Below, piece by piece: positions 44,200 through 54,332 of a stretch of 64,000 bases of DNA (positions are counted from its first letter, which is position 1; each line of letters begins with the position of its first letter). The position numbers and the translations under genes were made by a program. Below the pieces are notes generated by a model. That model saw nothing but the letters and a program-made list of their open reading frames with translations, made no database searches and had not been told where the DNA came from. The stretch is taken from NCBI GenBank assembly GCA_044227145.1, contig JBGAFR010000002.1, positions 48,703 through 112,702 of the forward strand, given 5' to 3'. Source of the stretch: Lysobacteraceae bacterium (GTDB taxonomy: Bacteria > Pseudomonadota > Gammaproteobacteria > Xanthomonadales > Xanthomonadaceae).

Positions 44200-45039
44200 A
44201 TGCGCATCGTGTATCAGTCGACGAACATCGCCGATGTCTACCTGCTCCGCGACCTGCTTGTGCAGGCGGACATCCAGGCGCATGTACAGGGTGAATACCT
44301 CCGGGGCGGGATCGGCGAATTGCCTGCCGACACGCCCGTCTCACTGGCGGTGCCTGACGAGCAGGCCGAGGCGGCCCGCGAGATCATCCTCGATTGGGAG
44401 CGCACGCGACCCGAGGAGGAGGTGGTGGAGGATGTCGAGGAGGCGGCCGTTTCCGACGCGCCGCCTCCGCGTCGTGGTGCCTCCGTCGCGCAGGTCTTCG
44501 GCGCGCTGGTGCTGGGTGCCTTCTGCGGCGGCGCCATCGTCTGGGCGATCTACAACCATCCCGCAAACGGCCCGCTGCGGGATTTCGACGGTGATGGCCG
44601 CGTCGACGAGCGCGTGATCCTGGCCGGCGACCGCGTCGATCGGGTCGAGAGCGATCGCAATCGCGACGGCAAGGTCGACCACATCGTGCACTATGGGCCG
44701 GATCACCTGATCGACGCTGCCGAATACGACGACGATTTCGATGGACAGCTGGAGCGACGGGCGCGCTACGACGAGAACCTGCCCGTGGAATGGACCGTTG
44801 ATTTCGACGGCGATGGCGTCGTCGACATGCGCGGGGTGTACGAACACGGTGTCGTCGCCAAGGAAGAGACCTTCGACAAGAGCACCCGCATCGTCAGGGT
44901 CGTCCGCTATCAGGGCGGCGTCCCGGTGTCCGGCGAGTTCGACTCAGACGACGATGGTGTGCTCGATACGGCACGGACCTACGATGCGAGCGGCGAGATC
45001 ACTGCGTCCAATCCGCTTCCCGCGGACAAGGGCGGTTGA
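44200..45039 (+). CDS. DUF2007-domain membrane protein with DxDxDG repeats
   Basis: N-terminal DUF2007-like LLRDLLVQADI..GEYLRGGIGELP, a TM helix, then repeats DFDGDG, DRNRDG, DDFDG, DFDGDG and DSDDDG. Confidence 0.65.
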   Translation: MRIVYQSTNIADVYLLRDLLVQADIQAHVQGEYLRGGIGELPADTPVSLAVPDEQAEAAREIILDWERTRPEEEVVEDVEEAAVSDAPPPRRGASVAQVFGALVLGAFCGGAIVWAIYNHPANGPLRDFDGDGRVDERVILAGDRVDRVESDRNRDGKVDHIVHYGPDHLIDAAEYDDDFDGQLERRARYDENLPVEWTVDFDGDGVVDMRGVYEHGVVAKEETFDKSTRIVRVVRYQGGVPVSGEFDSDDDGVLDTARTYDASGEITASNPLPADKGG

Positions 45040-45090
45040 TGCCGCTCAGGATGCATTGGCATCCTTGGCAGATGTTCGTTTGCTTTGCTG

Positions 45091-45621
45091 TCAGCCCCAC
45101 ACCTCTGCCCACAGGTCGCGACCGCTCATCCAGTCATCGAGCCACTGATCGAGTGTGTCCTTGTGCGGAAGCACGATCGACGACATCGGCGCGCCGATGT
45201 CCTTCACGCCGGCATCGACATAGAACACCGGATGCGGCGCGACGGCATCGACGACGGAGTAGATGTTGCAGCCCCAGTGGCAGAAGGGGAGCCACAGGGG
45301 TCCCCACTCCCATCCGGGATCGGACGGATCGGGTGCGAGGAAGGTCTGGTATCGACCGACGGCCGTCATCTTCCGATCGTCGGTGAAGCCACCTTCGATG
45401 CCCATCACGCCGTAGCCCGGCCCGAAGCCACCGTTTGCCACGTCGAGGTAGATCGCCCGCAGCGTTGCGGGCAGCGCAAAGCCAAGCGTGGCTTCGGCGC
45501 GCGTCACCGCCGCAGGCGAGGCCGTTGGCGATGCGCGGAAGGTGGTGCCGGTGATGTCGCGGGACAGCGGATCGGCTGCGAGGCGTTCTCGCAGGCGGCG
45601 GACGATGTCGGTGGTGACCAT
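45091..45621 (-). CDS. SMI1/KNR4 (SUKH) family immunity protein
   Basis: PASPAAVTRAEATLGFALPATLRAIY..VANGG and PFCHWGCNIYSVVD. Confidence 0.8.
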   Translation of the reverse strand: MVTTDIVRRLRERLAADPLSRDITGTTFRASPTASPAAVTRAEATLGFALPATLRAIYLDVANGGFGPGYGVMGIEGGFTDDRKMTAVGRYQTFLAPDPSDPGWEWGPLWLPFCHWGCNIYSVVDAVAPHPVFYVDAGVKDIGAPMSSIVLPHKDTLDQWLDDWMSGRDLWAEVWG

Positions 45622-45820
45622 ACAGAGTCTTCGAGGGTGGGTGGCCGAACTTATAGGCAGAGCATCGCATGCCTGCTGCTGTCACACCGGCCGCCGAATA
45701 GTCTGCATTCGGCCCAACTTGCGATTCGGATTTCCTAATCTTCAGAACATGCGTCTGGGCGCACCCTACGATCGGAGTCATTTTTTTTGGAGCGTGCTGA
45801 AGCACGCCACTCTGTGCCGG

Positions 45821-46410
45821 TTACAGGCCTTCAAAACTGAGGGCGTCCGAGGATATAGCGGACAACCTAAATTTCTGAATTTCAAGGACTGACAAGGGCT
45901 CCCGTCGCATGTGGGCGATTCTGTGACAAGTCGGGCATAGAGACACTAGTTCATCGATGTGGACTTCGCGAATTCCAGACTGAGCCACCGGCTTTAGATG
46001 GTGGCACTCGATCACGAACTTGCCCGACACCTCGAGACGAAATTTGCATGCCACGCATTGGTAGTTGTCGCGCCTTTTTCGCTCATCTGCAATCTGGGGG
46101 TTGCGTGCGTATTGGAGGGTTTTTCTGTCTATTTCGTAGCCTTCTATCGCGCGTGGGTCGTCTATCGGGTAGATTTCTTGTGACACCTCTGGGCGTAGTT
46201 TCGCTTTATGACTGAGCGTGCATGCGGCATTTCGTTTGGCGTGCTCGAAATGAGGTGTGTGCCCCTTTCTGCTCCCGTGCGGACCCACGGCCTCTCCGCA
46301 TTCCGTGCACGTAAAAAATAGTTTCCGCGAGGGGTGGAATTCTTGATCTGAATGGCCTCATCCACAGAGATCTCTCGGTCTTGGAACATACAGGTAACGG
46401 CTTTCGGCAC
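45821..46410 (-). pseudogene. Zn-ribbon + HNH endonuclease split across two frames (frameshifted or recoded)
   Basis: Frame A from GTG 46410 (VPKAVTCMFQDREISVDEA...GNY) continues in the -1 frame as FFTCTECGEAVGPH..PHFEH..C and CVAC...ECHH...LCPTCH (HNH). The switch is at T TTT TTA, 46318-46312. Confidence 0.7.
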
Positions 46411-46673
46411 AGAAAATCCCTTGAAGGTGAGTTCTAACTGGTTTGAGAAACACAATATGATGTGTAACGCGTTTCGGATATTGGTGGTCGCTAGTGAGAA
46501 GAATCGATATCTGTAAGGTGTGCTTTCCCGGAATCCCAATGGCCTACTGGTGATTGCCTGTCAGAAAGTGATTTTCGCTATCGATATATAATGCGTACTT
46601 ACACAATATCTTGAATCTGCCCCCGGCGACCCTTGGCTTCCACCTGTCAAATCCGACAGGTATGCCGCAACCC

Positions 46674-47642
46674 TCACCTCTCCGAATGCCCCGTCTCGTC
46701 GTACCCCCGCGACGCCAGCATCTGCGGCCGGATCAGTTCGATGAAATCCCGCGCCTGCTGGGACAGGTATTTGCCCTTGCGCACCACCACGCCGTAGCTG
46801 CGTGACGGGAAATACTTCGCGAGCGAGCGGATCGCGAGGCGGTCGCGGTCGGCGTCGGTGAGGCAGATGGCGGTGACGATGCTGATGCCCAGGCCCATCG
46901 CGACGTACTGCTTGATCACTTCCCAGCCGCCGACTTCGAGGGCGACGGTGTAGGGCACGCGGTTCTGCTGGAACACCAGGTCGACGAGGCGGTAGGTGGT
47001 GAGGCGCTGCGGCGGCAGGATCAGGCCGTAGGGCGAGAGGTCTTCGAGCTTGAGGTCGGCCTTCGTCGCCAGCGGATGGCCGCGGGGGGCGATGAGCATC
47101 GGCTCGAAGCGGTAGACCGGGGCGTAGTCGAGGTCGGCGGGAACGTCGAGCATCGAACCCACGGCCAGGTCCACGCTGTCGCTGCGCAGTAGGTCCAGGC
47201 CGCCGGCGCCGGTGACGTTGTGCAGGATCAGGCGCACGTCCGGGTGGGCGTGGCGGTAGGCCTCCACGATCTTCGGCAGCAGGTAGAGGATGGTCGAACT
47301 GCCCGCGGCGACATGCAGTTCGCCCCCGTCCAGGCCCTTGATCTGCTCGCGGAAGGCGTCCGGCAGGCGATCGATGCCTTCCACCAGCGGCCGGGCCAGT
47401 TCGTACAGGGCGTCGCCCTCGCGGGTGAGCGCGAGCCGGCGCCCGACCCGCTCGAACAGCTTCACCCCCAGTTCCCGTTCCAGCGCCTGCAGCTGGAGGG
47501 TGATGGCCGGCTGGCTGAGGTAGAGCGCCTCGGCCGCGCGCGAGACGGACCCCAGCCGGGCGACCTGGCAGAAGGCCCGGAGTGGCTTCAGGCGGTCGGC
47601 CTTGTAGCCGAAGCGGGGGCTGGGGACGGTCTCTTCGGTCAT
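46674..47642 (-). CDS. LysR (CysB-like) regulator divergent from aceBA
   Basis: SVSRAAEALYLSQPAITLQLQALERELGVKLFER HTH; VALEVGGWEVIKQYV. Confidence 0.88.
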   Translation of the reverse strand: MTEETVPSPRFGYKADRLKPLRAFCQVARLGSVSRAAEALYLSQPAITLQLQALERELGVKLFERVGRRLALTREGDALYELARPLVEGIDRLPDAFREQIKGLDGGELHVAAGSSTILYLLPKIVEAYRHAHPDVRLILHNVTGAGGLDLLRSDSVDLAVGSMLDVPADLDYAPVYRFEPMLIAPRGHPLATKADLKLEDLSPYGLILPPQRLTTYRLVDLVFQQNRVPYTVALEVGGWEVIKQYVAMGLGISIVTAICLTDADRDRLAIRSLAKYFPSRSYGVVVRKGKYLSQQARDFIELIRPQMLASRGYDETGHSER

Positions 47643-47837
47643 GGCTGCGCTCGCGGTTTCGGACGAACGGAGGGTTCCGCGTCGTTGTTGCAATGCAAAA
47701 TCAATGAGTTGCGCCGTATTCGACCTTGGTCGAAGTCGTTGTATTTGCATTTCTTATGAAACACATTGCCAAAACTGTGTTGTCAAATACAGTACCCGGA
47801 CGGATGGTGAGCCTCCCACGTCGTTCCGGAGCCACCC
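47643..47837. promoter_or_regulatory. AT-rich divergent promoter region between lysR and aceB
   Basis: AT-rich intergenic segment containing the palindrome TTCGACC-TT-GGTCGAA (47719-47734) and the inverted pair AATGCAAA/TTTGCATT. Confidence 0.45.
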
Positions 47838-49487
<1,650 letters not shown>

Positions 49488-49499
49488 TCCGCCGTCTTT

Positions 49500-49562
49500 G
49501 TAGGAGCGCCGGAAGGCGCGACATGAGCCGTGGAAAGCGGCCGCCCCTTCCGGCGCTCCTAC
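49500..49562. repeat. GTAG-type REP doublet (REPIN) between aceB and aceA
   Basis: GTAGGAGCGCCGGAAGGCGCG ... CCGCCCCTTCCGGCGCTCCTAC inverted pair. Confidence 0.8.
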
Positions 49563-49605
49563 AACAAGAACCCACCGCATTCACCTCCCACGCGAGACCA
49601 CGCCC

Positions 49606-50907
49606 ATGAAGACCACGCTCCCCACCGCCGAACAACTGAAGCTGGACTGGACCAACAATCCGCGCTGGGCCGGCGTGACCCGCCCGTACAGCGCCGAGGA
49701 CGTGGTCCGCCTGCGCGGCACGATCCCGGTCGACCACTCCATCGCCCGCCTCGGCGCCGAAAAGCTGTGGAAGTACCTGCAGACCGAGGACTTCGTGAAC
49801 GCGCTGGGCGCGCTCACCGGCAACCAGGCGATGCAGCAGGTCAAGGCCGGCCTCAAGGCGATCTACCTCAGCGGCTGGCAGGTCGCTGCCGACGCCAACA
49901 TCGCCGGCGAGATGTACCCGGACCAGTCGCTGTATCCGGCGAACTCGGTGCCGCAGGTGGTCAAGCGCATCAACAACACGCTGCTGCGCGCGGACCAGAT
50001 CCAGTGCGCCGAAGGCACCGGCGATGTCGATTTCCTGCAGCCGATCGTGGCCGACGCCGAGGCCGGTTTCGGCGGCGTGCTCAACGCGTTCGAGCTGATG
50101 AAGGCGATGATCGAGGCCGGCGCCTCGGGCGTGCACTTCGAGGACCAGCTCGCCAGCGTCAAGAAGTGCGGCCACATGGGCGGCAAGGTGCTGGTGCCGA
50201 CGCGCGAGGCCGTCGAGAAGCTCGTCGCCGCGCGCCTCGCCGCCGACGTCATGGGCACGCCGACGATCATCGTGGCCCGCACCGACGCCGAGGCCGCCGA
50301 CCTGCTGACCAGCGACATCGACCCGAACGATGTGCCGCACTGCACCGGCGAGCGCACCGTCGAAGGTTTCTACAAGACGAAGAACGGCCTCGACCAGGCG
50401 ATCAGCCGCGGCCTCGCCTATGCACCCTACGCCGATCTGGTGTGGTGCGAGACCGGCAAGCCGGATCTCGAGTTCGCGCGCAAGTTCGCCGAAGCGATCC
50501 ACGCGAAGTACCCCGGCAAGCTGCTGGCCTACAACTGCTCGCCGAGCTTCAACTGGAAGAAGAACCTCGACGACGCCACGATCGCGAAGTTCCAGAAGGA
50601 AATCGCCAGCTACGGTTACAAGTTCCAGTTCATCACCCTGGCCGGCTTCCACGCGCTGAACTACTCGATGTTCAACCTCGCGCACGGCTATGCGCGCCGC
50701 CAGATGAGCGCGTTCGTCGAGCTGCAGGAAGCCGAGTTCGCCGCTGCCGACAAGGGCTTCACCGCGGTGAAGCATCAGCGCGAAGTCGGCACCGGCTATT
50801 TCGACAGCGTGACCCAGACGATCCAGGGCGGGCAGTCGTCGACGGTGGCGCTGAAGGGGTCGACCGAGGAAGAGCAGTTCCACGATCGACCGGCGGCTGC
50901 TGCCTGA
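49606..50907 (+). CDS. aceA: Isocitrate lyase
   Basis: KKCGHMGGK signature, [22 protein letters not shown]. Confidence 0.97.
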   Translation: MKTTLPTAEQLKLDWTNNPRWAGVTRPYSAEDVVRLRGTIPVDHSIARLGAEKLWKYLQTEDFVNALGALTGNQAMQQVKAGLKAIYLSGWQVAADANIAGEMYPDQSLYPANSVPQVVKRINNTLLRADQIQCAEGTGDVDFLQPIVADAEAGFGGVLNAFELMKAMIEAGASGVHFEDQLASVKKCGHMGGKVLVPTREAVEKLVAARLAADVMGTPTIIVARTDAEAADLLTSDIDPNDVPHCTGERTVEGFYKTKNGLDQAISRGLAYAPYADLVWCETGKPDLEFARKFAEAIHAKYPGKLLAYNCSPSFNWKKNLDDATIAKFQKEIASYGYKFQFITLAGFHALNYSMFNLAHGYARRQMSAFVELQEAEFAAADKGFTAVKHQREVGTGYFDSVTQTIQGGQSSTVALKGSTEEEQFHDRPAAAA

Positions 50908-50935
50908 ACGCAGCGAGCTGAACGCAACGACGCTT

Positions 50936-50972
50936 CATCCCCCTACCATGACCTTCGTCAGGGTGGGGGATG
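50936..50972. terminator. Stem-loop downstream of aceA
   Basis: CATCCCCC(T)ACC / GGTGGGGGATG stem with an inner TGAC-CTTC-GTCA hairpin; no clear U-tract. Confidence 0.45.
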
Positions 50973-51021
50973 GCGTCGGGTGTGCTGGAATGCGGAACCC
51001 CTCCGTTCGTCTGGATTTCGC

Positions 51022-51471
51022 ATGCGGATTCCGCTTTCCCTCGTTCTCCTCGCCGCGTCCACCTTCTGTACGCCCGCCTTCGCCGAAGACGCCGCCATCC
51101 TTTCGGTGACGCCCGACCAGATCCGCGCACAACAGGCCGATCTTCGCCAGGCCATCGAAAGGAAGTCCGGCAACTACGCCCAGTACAGCGAAGAGGAGCG
51201 CAAGACGATCCTCGCGCGCCAGGACGACGTCCTCGCCGTGCTCGGGGACAAGACGTCGATCGACGACCTCGGTCCGGAAGGCAAGGTCCGGCTCACGAAT
51301 GCGCTGGCAGCGGTCGACGCCGCGGTGAATCGCGCAGAGGACAACCGGATGATCTGCGAGATCGTCAAGCGGACCGGCTCGAATCGTTCGGAGCAGAAGT
51401 GCATGACCGTCGGCCAGCGCCGCCAGATGCGCGAGCGCCTGGAACGCAACGGCATCAGCACTTCGCGCTGA
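51022..51471 (+). CDS. Hypothetical exported protein
   Basis: Signal peptide MRIPLSLVLLAASTFCTPAFA; C-terminal MIC..KRTGSNR..KCMT motif. Confidence 0.7.
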   Translation: MRIPLSLVLLAASTFCTPAFAEDAAILSVTPDQIRAQQADLRQAIERKSGNYAQYSEEERKTILARQDDVLAVLGDKTSIDDLGPEGKVRLTNALAAVDAAVNRAEDNRMICEIVKRTGSNRSEQKCMTVGQRRQMRERLERNGISTSR

Positions 51472-51630
51472 GTCGAAGCGCGTCGCAGTAAGCGGCTGGC
51501 GTCGAGCCGGCCGCTTCGCTTTCAGGAGCAGGGCTTCTCGCGCGCACGATCCGTGAACCGTCCGGGCACGCGCGACGCATCATCGATCGCGACCGACCGG
51601 GGACACAGTCGCTCTGCGTGATCACGGACC

Positions 51631-52044
51631 TCAATCGACGTCCGGCGCCGGTTTGCGCGGCAGGCCGTCGCCCGGGTCCACCGCGGCCCAGTCCACGTGG
51701 GTGTCCCAGAACACATGCGCCATCGGCGCCTGGTCCGCGTCGCCGTCGAGGTTGGCCAGGGCGATGTGCAGCTCGCCCGGCCAGCGCTGAGAGCGGAAGA
51801 ACAGCGAACTGCCGCAGCGCGTGCAGAAGCCGCGCTCGGCGCCGGGCGAGGAGACGTACCAGCGCAGCGATCCGGCGGCCTCGTCGATGCGCACGCGGTC
51901 TTCCGCCATCCCGAACCAGGTGACGAACGCGGCGCCGTGCGCGCGCCGGCACATTGAACAGTGGCAGTGCGCGACCCACACGCTGGGCCAGTCCACGGTG
52001 AAGCGCACGTTGCCGCAGAGGCAGCCGCCGTGGGATGAGGCCAT
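51631..52044 (-). CDS. GFA (CENP-V/glutathione-dependent formaldehyde-activating) family protein
   Basis: GGCLCG, HCHCSMCRR and FCTRCGS zinc motifs. Confidence 0.9.
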   Translation of the reverse strand: MASSHGGCLCGNVRFTVDWPSVWVAHCHCSMCRRAHGAAFVTWFGMAEDRVRIDEAAGSLRWYVSSPGAERGFCTRCGSSLFFRSQRWPGELHIALANLDGDADQAPMAHVFWDTHVDWAAVDPGDGLPRKPAPDVD

Positions 52045-52119
52045 GTGGGTGCTCCGTGGTCGCGAGAGCGGCACCATCGCATGCGGTCGCCGCGACCGCC
52101 AGTTCCCGATCGGGCGCGC

Positions 52120-52599
52120 TCAGGCGGCCCGCGACGGGCTCGCGCGGTCGCCGCGTCGATATCCGATCGCCTCCGCCACATGCGGCCCGAGGATGTCGTC
52201 GCTGCCGGCCAGATCGGCGATGGTGCGGGCGACGCGCAGGATGCGGTGCATCGAACGCGCCGAGAGCTGCAGCAGGTCGATGGCGTTCTCCAGCATCGCC
52301 TGGTCATCCGGTGCCAACCGGCAAACGGCATTCGTCTGCGCCTGGTCGAGGTGGGCGTTCAGTCGCTCCGCGCGCCGCAGCTGGGCTGCGCGGGCGCGGA
52401 CGACGCGGCTGCGGACCGTCTCGCTGGATTCGCCGGGCAGGGCGTCCGGGCGCAATTCGGCGGGCGGCAGGCGCGGGACGTCGAGGTGGAGGTCGATGCG
52501 TTCCAGCAGCGGCCCCGAGATCTTGCCGCGATAGCGCAGGATCGCTTCCGGATGGCAGCGACACCGCCCAGACGGATCGCCCGCCCAGCCACAAGGGCA
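52120..52599 (-). pseudogene. comM: Displaced 3' fragment of comM/yifB (Mg-chelatase-like ATPase), copy 1
   Basis: Begins at CPCGWAGD...YRGKISGPLLERIDL...SARSMHRILRVARTIADL...EAIGYR. No 5' half is upstream; the frame runs into island sequence. Confidence 0.9.
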
Positions 52600-52615
52600 T
52601 AGAGGCGTTGCCTTT

Positions 52616-53059
52616 TTGCCATACGTGCAGATTCGGCGTAAGTCGTTGATCCAGAAAGCATGGGGCTTCGAGCTGCAGACCTTGGGCGAGCACATCCGCC
52701 GCCGCCGGTTCATGCTCGCCATCACCCAAGAGGAGGCAGCAGCGCTCCTCGGGGTGAACGCTTGGACGGTTCACAACTGGGAGACGGGGCAGAGGAAGCC
52801 CGAGATTCGGTTCATCCCGGCTCTCGTCGAGTTCCTCGGCTACGACCCGGAGCCAGTCGATGAGGGGACACTCGCCGGTCGGCTGGTCGCTAAGCGCCGG
52901 GAGCTTGGCCTTTCTCAGCGGGAGGCAGCCCGCTCCCTCCAGATCGACCCCGGCACCTGGGCCGGGTGGGAACTCGGGGCAAGGATCGCGCGGGAGGCCC
53001 ATAGGAGGGCGCTGGAGCGGTTCTTAGAGTCCCCCGGCACAGCTTCGCAACTTGCTTAG
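52616..53059 (+). CDS. Tandem XRE helix-turn-helix protein, copy 1
   Basis: Two HTHs (TQEEAAALLGVNAWTVHNWETG; SQREAARSLQIDPGTWAGWELG); TTG start abuts the comM junction. Confidence 0.75.
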   Translation: MPYVQIRRKSLIQKAWGFELQTLGEHIRRRRFMLAITQEEAAALLGVNAWTVHNWETGQRKPEIRFIPALVEFLGYDPEPVDEGTLAGRLVAKRRELGLSQREAARSLQIDPGTWAGWELGARIAREAHRRALERFLESPGTASQLA

Positions 53060-53241
53060 GGTCGCGGCTTATCGCCCAGATTCAGGGGGCCGAAGTGCCT
53101 CTCTCGAAAAGCTGATCATTTGTTGTGTCGGCAGCCATGCCGAGCATCGCTTTCCTGTTGAAGGATGGGTCAAAGTTAGCTAGTGTGGCTCGCAAATGGA
53201 CAGGAGGCGGCATGCCTCCGCGGAGCACGGGAGGAGGGCCT

Positions 53242-53712
53242 GTGGCCGATTTGAAGAACGTGTTTATCAGTCACGTCCATGAAGATGATTCTGGATTGCA
53301 GAAGCTGAAGGATCTGCTCGCGACGAAGGGGATGACCATTCGCGATGCATCGATCCATACGGGTAAGTTCAACAACGCCAAGGATCCGGACTACATCAAG
53401 TCCGGCATCCTTGCGCCACTGATCAAGTGGGCCGGAACTTTCATTTGTTACGTATCGCCGTTGACTAAGAACAGCGAATGGGTCAACTGGGAGATCGAGT
53501 ACGCCGCGAAGCAGGGCATGCGCATCATCGGCGTCTGGCAGCAAGGCGACAAAGGCTGCGAACTCCCGGATGCGTTGAAGGAGTACGCCGACGCCGTTGT
53601 GGGATGGAATGGCGATTCGATCATTGATGCCATCAATGGCAGGGACAGCTGTGAGATGCCCGATGGAAGTCCGTGGTCACCTGTCCCGCTCAAGAGGCAC
53701 CCCTGCGGGTGA
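53242..53712 (+). CDS. TIR-domain protein (DUF1863/ThsB-like), TIR1
   Basis: VFISH, SEWVNWEIEYA (catalytic Glu) and IIGV; GGAGG ribosome-binding site before GTG 53242. Confidence 0.85.
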   Translation: MADLKNVFISHVHEDDSGLQKLKDLLATKGMTIRDASIHTGKFNNAKDPDYIKSGILAPLIKWAGTFICYVSPLTKNSEWVNWEIEYAAKQGMRIIGVWQQGDKGCELPDALKEYADAVVGWNGDSIIDAINGRDSCEMPDGSPWSPVPLKRHPCG

Positions 53713-54332
53713 GACTCTACTCATACGTTGTTCGGTACGACAGCGGATTTGCGCCCAATCCGTTCTATGGATGGTGCACCCTAGCCACCTGCAAACCCAA
53801 GATTCGCAAATCGGCGCAGGTCGGCGATTGGATTGTCGGCACGGGCAGTGACGACAAAAAAGTTCGACGCGGGAAACACCTCGTCTATGCCATGCACGTC
53901 ACCGAGATACTGACGTTCAACGAATACGATAACGACCCACGCTTTGGATCAAAGAAGCCATATCGCACGGGCAGTCGTAAGCAGAGCTGCGGCGACAACA
54001 TCTACTTTCGGAATGCGAAGAATACGCAATGGTGTCAGCGCGACTCCTTTCATTCAAATGCCGACGGCACGCGACGCTCCGATCATGTTGCCCGCGACAC
54101 GGGCGTGAACCGGGTGCTATTGAGCGATGATTTCGTCTATTTTGGCGGCAGCGGGCCACGTATCCCAGAGAGGCTGATAGCCACCAATGGCCACTCTCTT
54201 TTTAAGAAAGGTCCAGGCTACTGTGTATTTGACGACCCGCAGTTTATCGCACAAGTGGAAAAGTGGGTCGCATCGCTTGGCGATCCTGGCTACCAGGGTG
54301 CCCCATTCGAATGGATATCGCTTCGTGAATAA
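53709..54332 (+). CDS. Nmad2 (nucleotide-modification-associated domain 2) protein
   Basis: LYSYVVRYDSGFAPNPFYGWCTLATCKPKIR...GDWIVG, GDNIY, VLLSDDFVYFG; GTGA overlap with TIR1. Confidence 0.75.
   Translation: MRLYSYVVRYDSGFAPNPFYGWCTLATCKPKIRKSAQVGDWIVGTGSDDKKVRRGKHLVYAMHVTEILTFNEYDNDPRFGSKKPYRTGSRKQSCGDNIYFRNAKNTQWCQRDSFHSNADGTRRSDHVARDTGVNRVLLSDDFVYFGGSGPRIPERLIATNGHSLFKKGPGYCVFDDPQFIAQVEKWVASLGDPGYQGAPFEWISLRE

Larger units (their letters stand above)
52120..53068. repeat. Direct repeat copy 1 (comM 3' fragment + double-HTH gene)
   Basis: Colinear with 58629-59577; the same 6509-bp offset is seen at the comM stop, the CPCG codons and the HTH end. Confidence 0.9.

Noticed and set aside
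45644-45713. attC-like imperfect inverted repeat (GGCCGAAC...ATTCGGCC) between HNH and SMI1/KNR4
   Set aside because: Outer boxes are only partly canonical, the L-box spacing does not fit on one arm, it is over 100 bp from the upstream stop, and no second copy or integron integrase is seen.
46162-46539. 125-aa ORF as an independent gene
   Set aside because: Only its middle part (46410-46318) looks like the real N-terminus of the Zn-ribbon-HNH protein; the remainder overlaps the HNH frame and has no motif.
53125-53241. Upstream extensions in the ORF track for TIR1, MazG (54187), TIR2 (56202), SLOG (57959) and others
   Set aside because: Downstream starts have ribosome-binding sites or stop/start overlaps and coincide with domain starts.
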